This document shows positions 50,837 to 62,866 of a stretch of DNA of 64,000 bases, piece after piece. Numbering within the stretch: position 1 is the first letter of the stretch; each line of letters opens with the position of its first letter. Both the position numbers and the translations under genes were made by a program. Source of the DNA: Octopus bimaculoides (Eukaryota); the NCBI RefSeq assembly GCF_001194135.2, contig NC_068990.1:17532909-17596908 (forward strand), read 5' to 3'. The notes beneath the pieces are model-generated. The model saw nothing but the letters and a program-made list of their open reading frames with translations. It was not told the origin of the DNA and searched no databases.

Positions 50837-53224
50837 ATAGCTACAAATAAATCAAATCAAGAAAATTATGGCAAGTCCACTAAGAGGGTTACATTTGCCA
50901 AAGACACGAAACTCCCTGAACTGTCACCTGCAATTGGCTGTGAAAAAGTCACTGAATATACTGAAAAGCCCCAAAACATTGGAGTGAAATTAGAACCGTA
51001 CACTAAAATACAACCAGCGTCAAGCCCTGCTAAAACCAAGCTCACCAAAAACAAAGAACCAGTCAGTATCAAACCTGGAAAAACGTCAAAGAATACTTCA
51101 GAAGATCAGCCAACATCATTACAGAATTGGCTTTGCACTAGTCAGTCTTTAAAGGTTCCTTCTGTTCCTCTTCTCATGGAGCCTCATGTAACTTCAATTG
51201 TTGCTCAAGACTCTCTTACAAATGACAGTTTGTCTGCTGAACAAAGCCATCCTTCAGACAGACCAGTGCAAAGTAACTTATTTGTTGAAGAAACTCAGTC
51301 CCCAATCAAGATGTGCTCTGACCGTCAGTCTACAGGTGAATCTGTCTTGGAAACACCTGTCAAAACTTTGACAAGAGAAGTTAACACTAGCGTCAATATC
51401 AGGCGATTGTCCTTTGATCTTGCAGAGAACGCTGATTCTAACAGTGCCATTAGCTCTTCTGGTGGTTTTGAATTGAAAGAGGCAAGTGAGGTTGAACTTG
51501 CCATGAAGGAGGAGCAATTGGAAGTAATTCCTAAGCAAAATAATTCCAAAGATATTTCAAATAAAAAGACTTCTGGAAAGGATATTTGCCAAAGTAAATT
51601 ATTTCTACCAAGCGAAAATGAGAGTATTCCTGACTCTGAAAGTGTGATACCTAATCAAAATATGGCTGCTATATCACAGAAACGAAAATTAGATTCAGAT
51701 GAGAGAATATCAGAAATTAAAAAACCAAATTTGGAAGAAAATAATTCTGTTAATATTCAGAATGATAATCAGCATGTTGCTTGTGACAAGGACAAAATAA
51801 CTGATCACCATGGTGGTACTATTAGTCCTTTCAAACAGCTTCACAAATCAGATGTTTTACCAGTGTCTAAACCTATTATAGGATCTCGTAAAAGGAAACC
51901 TTTGAAGGTTACTAAAATTGTCCAAAATACTGATCGTCGAATATCACCTGTTAGGACACGCTCATGCGTAAAGACTCTTCGTGCACGGAAAAAAGCGACT
52001 CAAAACTCAGAAAATCCTGCAAATAAATCCACTTCCAGAAAGAAAATTGGAAAAGAAATCAAAGCTCGAAAAGCTCTGAATGTGTCTGAAAAAAACAAGA
52101 ACCCGACACACAGACGAAATAATAATGTAAAGAAATTAACATCTGTTGAGAAAAATGCAAAAGACAGCATGAAAATTTCTAAAACTCAAGATAAAACCTA
52201 TTGTGAAACTATTACTGCTGTGGTCAATGGTGATTCCATTAATAGTTGTCCTTTTGGAGAAACTGAAAGGTTCTCTTGTGAGCAGGAAATGACAAATGTT
52301 GTTGAGCAGGAAAAGAATGTTGTATCAGATGTGGTTGAAGAGGAGGTTGAATCAGTTAAATCAGATGTTGTTGAGCCTGAATCTGAGCATAAAAGAGACA
52401 GCTTTGACTCAGATTTAAGTGATGAAGTTGAATTAAATTTAGCTGGGCTGAAAGAAGAGAGAGAGGAGTTGGATTTAGTTCAAGAAGAAAAGAGAAAGAT
52501 CAAACAAGAAAACCAGGAAGTTGAGCCAGATTTGACTGAGGAAGAGGAAATAAAAATAGACAATGTTGTGGAGGATGCACAGTCAGTAACAGTGAAGTCT
52601 AATGCTTCAGAAATCACGATGGCTGAAGGTTCAAGCCTAGCAGTAATGTCTGAAAAGTTTGAGGGAGATGATGATAGTTGTGGGGATCTGAAGCTGGATT
52701 CAGAAAATGAGACGCAAAGTGATGCCAGTCCATCAATGACTGTTTGTGAAACTGAGAGCTCAGTGCTGCAGCCAGCAGCTATTGTGGATTCTGAAGTAAA
52801 TGAGAACTTTGTGGACCAAGAATCAGAGAATAAACCTGTTTTATCCAAAGTTGATACACCAAAGAAATCACTTCGGTTGCGTTCTGGTAATCGAGGATTT
52901 CCGTCCAAGTTCTCTGATAGTTTTGTTTATGGTATTAAGGTTTCAAACTGTTCTATGTCTGCTGCCAAAAAAAGTGCAACTCCAAAGTCTGTGATGAAAA
53001 CTTCTCCAATTCATGGGAACACAACTGTTGAGGGTGATGACTACACCACTGCTACAACAGACATTTTTTCCTCTGAAAAGCAGTTCTTATCCTCCTCACT
53101 CTGTGATACCCCTGAAAGTTGTCCTTCTGCTACCTGTTCCCCTTCATCTGTTTATTCACCAACAACTGGTATTCTAAAGAAGAGACTACAGAATAATGGT
53201 GAAACACCATCACCACCAAATAAG
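50837..53224 (+). CDS. RIF1: RIF1 exon 27, large disordered-region exon (796 codons) ending in GILK motif
   Basis: tttcag acceptor in frame with ORF 50984..53245; ends SPTTGILKKRLQNNGETPSPPNK then gtaagt. Confidence 0.95.
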
Positions 53225-54372
53225 GTAAGTTTACTTACAGATTGATTTTTTGCTACGTAAAAACCACACAAAGTCCACTCTGCTGAGTGGTTGGTGTTAG
53301 GAAGGACATACAGCTGTAAAAACAATCCTGCCAAAACAATCACTGAAGTCTGGTGCAGGCTTCTACCTGGCTGGTTCTTGTGAAACCATCCCACACATGC
53401 TAGCATGGAAGTCAGATATTAAACAATGATGATGATGAATAAATTGCTTGAATTCTGCTTTTGCTCATTGTAATATTATCATTAGAATTTCTGTAATCCT
53501 TTTGATACCAACTCACTTAAACCCACCCTTAGTTCTATGATGTAAACTTCTTGTTTTTAACTTGATCTAAATTTAAAGCATTTCATCAGAATTCCGTGTT
53601 AATTGATGTTCTAGACATCAATTTAATAATGGCCAAGTTATTTTATTAGATACTTTGTTACTTTCAAAGTTGGCTGAAACAAAAGACTATTTCAACAGAA
53701 ATATAACAAAAGGGTTAATAAACACCAGTGAAGAAAAATACAATTGATTATAGGTACAAAACTAAAAACTCAAAAATAACAATTTCATTTGTCTGTAGTT
53801 TCAACTCTTGGTTCCTTGTTGGAAATAAGTCTTAGTGGCAACACCTGGTTGCCACACATTAGTTTTTTTTATTTTTATTTTTTTTTTTACCTGAAGAATT
53901 ATTTTCAACTATTGTTGATACAAAACTGAATTCTCCAGTGATAAAGGCACAGGCATGGCTTATATGGTTAAATTAGCAACACAACCACATTTTAGGTTTG
54001 GCCCCATTGCATGGGGCCATGGGCAAGAGCCTTTTGCTAGAAGCCTGGGCTGGCCAAATCCTTGTGATGGAAACTGAAAAGAACTGTCATAAACGAGTTC
54101 AGATGTAAGCAAACACACACATGACAATCAGAAAATTTAAGCAGGCTTGTTCTTGGCATCTCCTCAGTCAATACTCAATGCTTTCGAAGCTGAAGAGGAT
54201 AAGAGATCCTTACTTAAAAAACGAAGCCATTGGGCTATTAAACAGTGCCTCAACAACCTATCCATCTAACCCATGCTAGTGTAGGAAAATGGTTGTAAAA
54301 TTAATATCAAGTCTTTAGTTATTAAAGTAGGTTAATTATAATTATTAATATGCAAATGTCTTTATGTTGCAG

Positions 54373-54501
54373 CAACGGAGAGTGTCGTTTGCTGATCCAA
54401 TATTTGAAGAGAAAACTTTACCATCCCCCATGTCACAAAAGAGGCGGCTCACACCTTGCAGTTCCAGATCATCACGCCGTAGTCTTCTTTCCAATTACAA
54501 G
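54373..54501 (+). CDS. RIF1: RIF1 exon 28 with RVSF PP1-binding motif
   Basis: gttgcag; QRRVSFADPIFEEK...SNYK; gtttgt. Confidence 0.95.
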
Positions 54502-55129
54502 GTTTGTCTTTTCTTTTCTTCTCATTTATTTACTCATTTCAGTCATTGTCCTACAACCTGAGCAGGATTTGAATCCTATATGTAATGGATATTGCCAAAT
54601 ACTGCAAGTTATTTGGTCTGTTTTTGTAAAGTATTAAAGTCCAGTAGTAGCATTTCTGCTCTTCCTGCAGCAAGTAATGATTTTTCTCTCAACAGTAGAA
54701 ACAGCCAATTTGTGTGTGAAGGTATATTTTGATTGAAGTAACTTCAGTTTTTGGCCAGTATTTTTCTTCAACCTGAAGCAGTGTTAGTCAGCCATTTTTG
54801 TCTCATACTCCTACTTAAATTTTTAAAAAAAAAAAGCTCCTCGCTCTTTCATGGGTCTTGTCTTGTAAGTTACTTGGTGACCTCAATGGTGCTGGTGCTA
54901 CCAAGAAAGAAAAAAAAAGAAAAGGACCCATTTTACTCTGTAGAGTGGTTAGTATTAAGAAGGGCACCCAGCTGTAAAAACCCTTCCAGAACAGATATTA
55001 GAAACTAATGCAGCCTTCAGGCTAATTGGATCTTGTCAAACCATCCAACCTGTGTGCCATGATGGAATATGGACATTAAAATGATGATGACGTGTATGTA
55101 TGTATGTATATATATATACATATATATAC

Positions 55130-55172
<43 letters not shown>

Positions 55173-55941
55173 AATTTTTAATTAAAACTTTGTTGCAAGT
55201 TTTAGTCATCTGTTACTTGCACCCCATTCTGAAGTAACTCAAAACCTCGACTTAAGAAACCCTGGAGGGGTGGAAAGTAATGTTATCTCAAAACCCGATT
55301 TTAATTTGGAACATAAAAGAGCAGAACTAAATATTGACAGCATTTGGTCATATGTCATCGTTCCTCCTTTGTGCTGCTTCATCATCATCACAGTTTTAAC
55401 ATTCACTTTTCCATGCTTGTCACCAATGCACATCTGTTTCCATGCAAGCCATTAATACCCAAGTGTATCAAACACCAAATAGCCACTTGATTGCTCTTTG
55501 CACCTGGCTTTCAGTGCATGCAAACATGGCTTTATGATTAAGAAGTTTATTTTATCTTCATGTGGCTCCATGTTCAATCCCACTGTGACTCAATCTAAAA
55601 CTTTGCAAAATTCGTTAGATGAATAATATGGGGGTTGGAAGCATTGGTTGGATTGTGCTTGTTTTTACACCCCTACTTGGCTTTTGGAGGTCTACCTCAG
55701 CTTCATGCATTCACACCAGGCCTGATTCACAACCTTGCAATCTCAGTCTATTTCTCCAGTTCCCTTCATTAGCCTTGGAGGTCTTGTAAAATGGTCATAG
55801 GTGCTGCCTTTCTTCAGCTACCTCCCCCTCCTTGAAGCCATCCACTCACATTACATCTCCACATGCAGTACTTCGTTTTATTCAGTTTGTCATCATTTCT
55901 GTAATTTCTTATGTAACTCAAATGTTTTTCTTTTTATATAG

Positions 55942-56120
55942 AAAAGAGATTCTATATCTAACAGTATCTCTGGCAGCAGTAACAGCCCTGGTAGTTCTCA
56001 GAGTAGCTACAGCAGCACCCAAGAATCTCAACTCAGTAGCACTGGACCAGTATTTGCAGAGCTTGTTTCATGTCAGGAACCCATCAGCCTGATTCTTCCA
56101 CAGCTTACTTCCTCCATGTG
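55942..56120 (+). CDS. RIF1: RIF1 exon 29
   Basis: tatatag; Ser-rich start, then GPVFAELVSCQEPISLILPQLTSSMW, resembling human SVYPPLVNCVAPVDIILPQITSNMW; gtaagt. Confidence 0.9.
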
Positions 56121-56867
56121 GTAAGTTGCTTCCTGAAAAGTTTTCCAGTTTATTGAATACATCAACGATGTGTATAACATAATATATATATAGACTCTAT
56201 TCTATCTTCTTAGTATTGTGGTATTAACTGCTTTCAGTTTTCCTTTTTGACAGAAGACACTACCATGCTGCTGGGTTAACACATACAAGCAGGATAACTG
56301 GACCCTTGTGTCCTTAATCTCCCTAATCTAGACAAGCTTGCAAACATCATGACCCTTTGTGTGTTTAGATTTATCAATTGGTATGTTTGTATTGTAATCT
56401 ATCTTCAGGCTAACCAACACCTTGAAATTGGATTTCGTATGCAGAGAAGCCTGTTGTGTGTGTTTCCTTGTACTGTTGTACAAGAAGTGTCATTCAGTTC
56501 CAGTTGTCTGTGAAAACCTGTTTGGTTACGGAGAAATATTTTGCTTGGAAACAAGTTAGAATAGGTAACAAGAAGATCATCTGGCTGTAGAAAAGATGTA
56601 ACCAATACAAGTACAGAAAAGAGGACATTAAAATGATGCTGATGATAGACATAACTCGCTCATACACACACATATGTATGTATGTACAAACATGGAATGA
56701 CACTAGTTTTAGCATTTTGTCTTGAAACTTTCTCAAGGGACTTCTTTTTTTAAACACAGAGCTCTCTGAGAATGTTGGTGGTAGATCATGAATGTTTCAA
56801 TATCATTTTGTCTCCTTGGTTTTAAATACTCTTGAGCATTCTGAGCTAAGCCAAAAAAGTATGTTCC

Positions 56868-57805
56868 ATCATCATTTAATGTCTGTTTTCCGTGCTGGCA
56901 TGGGTTGGACAGTTTTGATTGAAAACTGGTAAGCTGCACCAGGTTCCGATCTCATTTGGCAAGGTTTCTACAACTGGATGCCCTTCCTAATGCCAACCAT
57001 TCCGAGAGTGTAATGGGTATTTTTTACATGCCATTGACCTGACACCAGCATCAGCCACAACTAGTCTCACTTGGCTTAACAGGTCCACGCAATCAGTATA
57101 TTACCAAAGGTCTCGGTCACTTGTCACTGCCTCTATGAGGCCCAATGCTCAAATGGTGCTTTTTATATGCAACCAACATAGGTGCGAGTCAGATGGCACT
57201 GGCATTGGCCACGACTAGGATTTCACTCGGCTCAACAGGTCTTTACAAGCACACCATATCACCCAGCATTTGAAGGGTGCTTTTTACATACCAGTTATGT
57301 GACACTGGCATTGGCAACACCTACAATTTCATTTGGTTTGACAGGTCTTCTCTAGCACAGCATATTTCCAAAGGTCTCAGTCACTTGTCATTACTGCCAC
57401 AAGGCCCAACATTCAAAGATTGTGCTTCACCACTTCGTCCCATGACTTCCTGGGTCTACCTCATCCACAGGTTCCCTCCACCGTTAGTGTGACACTTCTT
57501 CACACAGCTGTCCTCAACCATACCAGTGCAGTCTCTTTTGCACACCACATCTCATCTCTCTTATGCCCAACTTTTCTCTCGAGACACTCACACTGTCATA
57601 CATACACATCCAGCAAAACATACTGGTTCCATTTCTTACAAGCCTATGCATGTCCTCAGCAGTCACAGCATATCTTTCACTGCCATATAGCATGGCTGTT
57701 CACTCACAAGCATTATAGTCTGCTTTTCACCCTGATCAAGAGGCCCTTTGCTACTATCACAAGTAGGAGACCTCTGAATTTTGTCCAGCCTATTCTTATT
57801 TCAAT
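56868..57805 (-). mobile_element. RTE-type LINE 3' end (ORF C-terminus, 3' UTR, GAT tail)
   Basis: Minus strand reads RIGWTKFRGLL...GTCG*GRPRKSWDEVVKHNL, then a repetitive UTR ending in a degenerate ..acattaaatgatgatgg tail. Confidence 0.85.
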
Positions 57806-58500
57806 ATAGAAATCAGAAAACAAAGCATTTTGTGATTTATATGAAAGCTAGCCCGGTTAGTATTACTTTGTGCACCTAAGAACAGTTGATTAAAAGACTA
57901 GTGTGTATCATCAAGTAACGTATACAAACATGTCTGGCTGTAATATTTTGTTTCAGTCTTCTGTGTTAAAATGCACAGGGCTTGCTCAATGCCATTGACA
58001 GATCACCAGACCTATTTGCAACAACCACTCATATTGCTGTCTACAACCACCTGCCAGTTTTCCCTCCAACTCAAGGCGAAACATTATCTATATGAAGACA
58101 CTCTTACCACCTGCCTATTGACTGTGTAGGATTTTCTGCTGCACTTTGTATTACTAACTTTTGATGAATTCCAACTTTGTAGCTGCAGACTGGTTGTGTG
58201 CTTAAAATGTTTGCTTCTCAACCATATGGTTTCAGGTTTTTGTTAATTTGTTTCCATGATAATGAATTCTTTCTATGGGCACAGGGCATGAATTTTTTTG
58301 GTGGGGGTGGTTGTTAGTAGAGTTTATCATAGAGGATATTTAAGTTCCTGTATAGTGGGACCTTGGATGTCCTCTACTGCAATCTTGGGCCAACTAAAGC
58401 CTTGGGAATGGATTTTGGGGATGGAAATGAAAAGAAACTTGTGCTTACATGAGTGTNNNNNNNNNNATGAAAAGAAACTTGTGCTTACATGAGTGTGTGT

Positions 58501-58539
<39 letters not shown>

Positions 58540-58771
58540 TGTCACCTTGCTTTGACATCATGGGATAATTATAAATACCCTCATACAAGTGGAGTTCCTC
58601 ATTTCCAATCTTCCGTGAAAACTTTTCTGACCATGGGGCAATATGACCTTGCTTGGGAATAGGTGAGGGTTAGTGACAAGTATGTCGTAGTAAACCTGCC
58701 TTAATGAATTCATCTAACCCATGCAAGCTTGAGAAAATGGATGTTAAAATAATGTTGGTGATACATACATT

Positions 58772-58845
<74 letters not shown>

Positions 58846-58874
58846 AATGTTTTATTTTATTTTTTTCTCATTAG

Positions 58875-59233
58875 GTTTCGTGGTCTCAGTCAACTTCTCA
58901 AAGCAAGAAAACTCCATACTGTTGGTGATTTAGCTTCACTTTCTGAATATGATATCCATAATTTACCTGTGAGATCTCCTAAAGTACCTCATGTGAAGAA
59001 AATACTGGCTAACTTTAAGAAACAGCTCGATGCCAAAAAGGACAAGACTTCTTGTAGTCTCTTGAATACATCTGCTGGTGAAATAATGGCTGCTGCAATG
59101 GCAGCTGCCTCCACTAATGTTGTCTCAGACTTGAAGAATGATCCACCAACAGGAAATTGCAATTCAGTTGATGGCAAGAATGTCCCAAGCAATGAAATGA
59201 AATCATTGGAACTTGAGAATCCAGTTGTCCAAG
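58875..59233 (+). CDS. RIF1: RIF1 exon 30 (conserved C-terminal block)
   Basis: cattag; FRGLSQLLKARKLHTVGDLASLSEYDIHNLPVRSPKVPHVKKIL...; gtaagg. Confidence 0.95.
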
Positions 59234-60300
59234 GTAAGGTTACATAAATATTCAAAAACTTTGTTTACAAGCTGTTATCAGTTGTAATGCAACCTCTGCC
59301 GTTTGTACCTAAAATGATTATGTTGCTTTGCTCTGCTGTAATCTCTCCTTCAACTCTCAGCATCTAGCTGTAATTACTGCAGAATGGTACATCTAAACTG
59401 CAGGAGACAATGTAAAGTATGTGTTATTACCTTGTACATTTCGAAAGTGACAGTCTACAATACACAAACAGTCTTCAAGTTTTGCCTTGACAATTCATTA
59501 TAAGTAAATGTATTTTCTACATACTCAGGCATGGCCTTGCAGTTAAGAATTTCGTTTCCTAGCACGTTTTCAAGTTCAGTCCCATTGCATGGCACCTTAG
59601 ACAGTTGTCTTCCATAGTTCTGGGCCTTGTATGTGTTAATTGAGGACAGAAACTGAAAGCAGTATCATTATACCAGTGGTCGTTTCCAGCCGTCTGTGAA
59701 ATGGTCTGGCCAAGGGAGAATAATACTTTAGTTGGGAAAAGGGGTTGGTGACAGGAAGAGCATCAAGCTGTAGAACATCAACCTCTACACATTATCTGAC
59801 CATACAGGTATGAAAAAATAGATGTTAAATTATGATGCTGATGAGATATGTTTCCATACAAACATCATCATCAAACAGTCTCCTTTATTTCTAATCTTCT
59901 ATTTTTACATGTCTTGTGATGTGACACATTATCCAACTGAGAAACGAGTCAAAGTTCATCACGGAAAAGACATCTGGCCTTAGAAAATCTGCCTCAAAAA
60001 ATTCAAGCTAACCCATACAAACATGGGAAAGTGGACATTAAAACAGCAATAATGATGGTATAATACCAACAATATATTTCTACTGTAACTATCATCAGCA
60101 GACAATGTAAATAGACTTCTTCATTGCACTGTGACAATGAAGTCTTGGTGTGTTGTTGGATGTATATTCAATTGGTTAACATAATAGTGTTGATTTAGTG
60201 AAGCTTAGGATATCTTTTAGTGATGTTTAGTTTCTAATGTCTCATAATATAGTAAACACATTGAAGTGTCACTCATGTATTGTATTTTCTTTTTCTTTAG

Positions 60301-60384
60301 CTCTCTCCTCTGATGCAGAAGAGAAGACCATAGCTACTCCAGCTGCACAAACCATTGTAGATAGGGAATCTTCTTTGCATGAAA
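60301..60384 (+). CDS. RIF1: RIF1 exon 31
   Basis: ttctttag; LSSDAEEKTIATPAAQTIVDRESSLHE; gtaagt; phase 1 at both ends. Confidence 0.78.
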
Positions 60385-60490
60385 GTAAGTAATGTTTTGT
60401 GTTTGTCTGTGTGTCTCTGTTCTATGAATGTTTCTTTGATATATTGGTTTGCACTAACACCTGAATTCTGTTTTCTTTATTTTAAATCAG

Positions 60491-60760
60491 CCACATCCAC
60501 TGAGGCAGAAAAGAAAGCCACAGCTCCATCTGCTGAGGCACAAGAGAAAACCACAGAGCTATCTGCTGGGGCACAAGAGAAAACCACAGAGCCATCTGCT
60601 GGGACACAAGAGAAAACCACAGAGCCATCTGCTGGGGCACAAGAGAAAACCACAGAGCCATCTGCTGGGGCACAAGATAAAACCACAGCTCCATCTACTG
60701 GTGCACAAGAGAAAACCACAGAGCCATCTGCTGGGGCACAAGAGAAAACCACAGAGCCAT
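60491..60760 (+). CDS. RIF1: RIF1 exon 32, 5' part, made of 11-aa repeats; runs into N gap
   Basis: ttaaatcag acceptor, phase 1 fits exon 31; open frame of SAGAQEKTTEP-type repeats up to the gap. Confidence 0.72.
60496..60759 (+). repeat. 33-bp coding minisatellite, 8 visible units
   Basis: Unit consensus tctgctggggcacaagagaaaaccacagagcca; the first unit is degenerate; the array is cut by gap 60761-61696. Confidence 0.95.
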
Positions 60761-61696
60761 NNNNNNNNNNNNNNNNNNNNNNNNNNNNNNNNNNNNNNNN
60801 NNNNNNNNNNNNNNNNNNNNNNNNNNNNNNNNNNNNNNNNNNNNNNNNNNNNNNNNNNNNNNNNNNNNNNNNNNNNNNNNNNNNNNNNNNNNNNNNNNNN
60901 NNNNNNNNNNNNNNNNNNNNNNNNNNNNNNNNNNNNNNNNNNNNNNNNNNNNNNNNNNNNNNNNNNNNNNNNNNNNNNNNNNNNNNNNNNNNNNNNNNNN
61001 NNNNNNNNNNNNNNNNNNNNNNNNNNNNNNNNNNNNNNNNNNNNNNNNNNNNNNNNNNNNNNNNNNNNNNNNNNNNNNNNNNNNNNNNNNNNNNNNNNNN
61101 NNNNNNNNNNNNNNNNNNNNNNNNNNNNNNNNNNNNNNNNNNNNNNNNNNNNNNNNNNNNNNNNNNNNNNNNNNNNNNNNNNNNNNNNNNNNNNNNNNNN
61201 NNNNNNNNNNNNNNNNNNNNNNNNNNNNNNNNNNNNNNNNNNNNNNNNNNNNNNNNNNNNNNNNNNNNNNNNNNNNNNNNNNNNNNNNNNNNNNNNNNNN
61301 NNNNNNNNNNNNNNNNNNNNNNNNNNNNNNNNNNNNNNNNNNNNNNNNNNNNNNNNNNNNNNNNNNNNNNNNNNNNNNNNNNNNNNNNNNNNNNNNNNNN
61401 NNNNNNNNNNNNNNNNNNNNNNNNNNNNNNNNNNNNNNNNNNNNNNNNNNNNNNNNNNNNNNNNNNNNNNNNNNNNNNNNNNNNNNNNNNNNNNNNNNNN
61501 NNNNNNNNNNNNNNNNNNNNNNNNNNNNNNNNNNNNNNNNNNNNNNNNNNNNNNNNNNNNNNNNNNNNNNNNNNNNNNNNNNNNNNNNNNNNNNNNNNNN
61601 NNNNNNNNNNNNNNNNNNNNNNNNNNNNNNNNNNNNNNNNNNNNNNNNNNNNNNNNNNNNNNNNNNNNNNNNNNNNNNNNNNNNNNNNNNNNNNNN
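60761..61696. other. Assembly gap (936 N) hiding the rest of the repeat exon
   Basis: N run begins mid-repeat. Other gaps: 2260-2527, 8444-8822, 16736-16824, 58457-58466, 62278-62287, 62867-63153. Confidence 0.95.
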
Positions 61697-61737
61697 ATTT
61701 CTAAGTCTCTCTAAAGGAGACTACGGCAGCGGTACTG

Positions 61738-62226
61738 GATATTAATAGTTATTGCCAAGCTAACATGGCTGTCCAGAAAAGTAGGACGAATGCTGCCGTT
61801 GATTAGCTCCAAGAAGCCATTGCTTCTAGCTAGCTATGTGACACACGAACCTGTGTCCATTATAACCGTTGAACAGGGGAGGTCAGCCGCTTAGAGAGAC
61901 TTAGAAATATTAATATTTCTATTTTTGAAAACCAGTGGATGTATTCCACTGAATTTAGGTAAATAATCCTTTGAACAGACGGTCAGTAGCGACGCCTGCT
62001 CGGTTTGGCTGCTCTACATTGATAAAGGGCAAATACCCTGAAACTAGTGTATAGATGCCAGACCAGCAAGGGGAAGCGGCTGACCTCCCCTGTTCGAAGG
62101 TTATAATGGACACAGGTTCATGTGTCATAGCTAGCTAGCGGCGATGGCCTCTTGGAGCTGATCAACGGCAGCATTCGTCCAATTTTTCTGGGCAACCATA
62201 TTAGCTTGGCGATAACTATTAATATC
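61738..62226. mobile_element. Foldback/MITE-like element with ~150-bp terminal inverted repeats
   Basis: 61738-61892 (gatattaatagttattgccaagct...ggaggtcagccgctt) is the near reverse complement of 62073-62226. Confidence 0.85.
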
Positions 62227-62320
62227 TCAAGAAGCAATTAACTATATTAATTTTTAGGGATTTGGGAATTGAAAATTNNNNNNNNNNTATGTATATAATT
62301 ATTTTTAAATTTTTTAATAG

Positions 62321-62737
62321 TGCCAGAACTTGACTCACCACATTCTTCAATAAAGTTAGACATCGAAGAAGCTAGTGTATTGCAGAATGAGAAAGAAGTT
62401 TCTGCCACCACCACCGTCCACCAAAGAGCACCAACTCCAGATTCCGAATCCCAAGTAACACTACCTCCAAGCTGTGAAGTTACCCAGGGAAAGCCTTGTG
62501 GTCAGCAAGATGTTTCTCCAGCTCTTACAAGTACTTCAGTCCCTGTTATAGTCAACCCTGAAGCTTCTAGTACACCTGTAAAATCTCCCAAAGTTTGTAC
62601 AGATGAAAATGCAGAAAATGCTTCACTTGGTGCATCTGTGGAAGCTTCATGCTCTCCAATAAAACCAGTTTACTTGGAAACCAATCACAGTGAAGATGAG
62701 CAAGATGAAGATATGTTTGAAGATGAAGATGAGAAAG
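62321..62737 (+). CDS. RIF1: RIF1 exon 33 (last exon found)
   Basis: tttaatag acceptor; open S/P/E-rich frame PELDSPHSSIKL...DEDEK; gtaatt donor; no stop codon. Confidence 0.8.
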
Positions 62738-62821
62738 GTAATTTGTTGTGATAATTTAGACCCAGATCAGCCCCGAGTAGACTTGTGATCAAAAGCATTT
62801 CAGCCATAGCTATTCTGTCAC

Positions 62822-62866
<45 letters not shown>

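Larger units (their letters stand above)
19512..62737 (+). other. RIF1: RIF1 gene span (33 coding exons traced; 3' end not found in window)
   Basis: Spliced translation matches remembered human RIF1 motifs in order: SELTENALQVLGLCL, DKGVCTRALW, EHEAVNLVVRL, KLEVWWYF, GTPALFL, NEINQGDALEHNF, TWSNIYRTFA, LTQHQKEVLK, PAMYNSLDQSQD, GILKK..RRVSFADP, RGLSQLLKARKLHTVGDL..LPVRSPKV. GT-AG introns with matching phases wherever both sides are sequenced. Confidence 0.97.

Noticed and set aside
51278-52994. Antisense and alternate-frame ORFs within the large exon
   Set aside because: Shadows of the RIF1 coding frame.
50984-53245. Stand-alone 753-aa gene starting at GTG
   Set aside because: It is an internal RIF1 exon with an acceptor at 50836 and a donor at 53225.
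55957-55964. Alternative acceptor tctaacag inside exon 29
   Set aside because: Out of frame with the phase-0 donor at 54501; 55942 preferred.
58427-58496. 30-bp direct repeat around a 10-N gap
   Set aside because: Typical unmerged contig overlap; assembly artefact.
60477-60752. 33-bp array as a CRISPR or as minus-strand ORFs
   Set aside because: Units are contiguous with no unique spacers, the context is eukaryotic, and only the + frame has matching splice phase.
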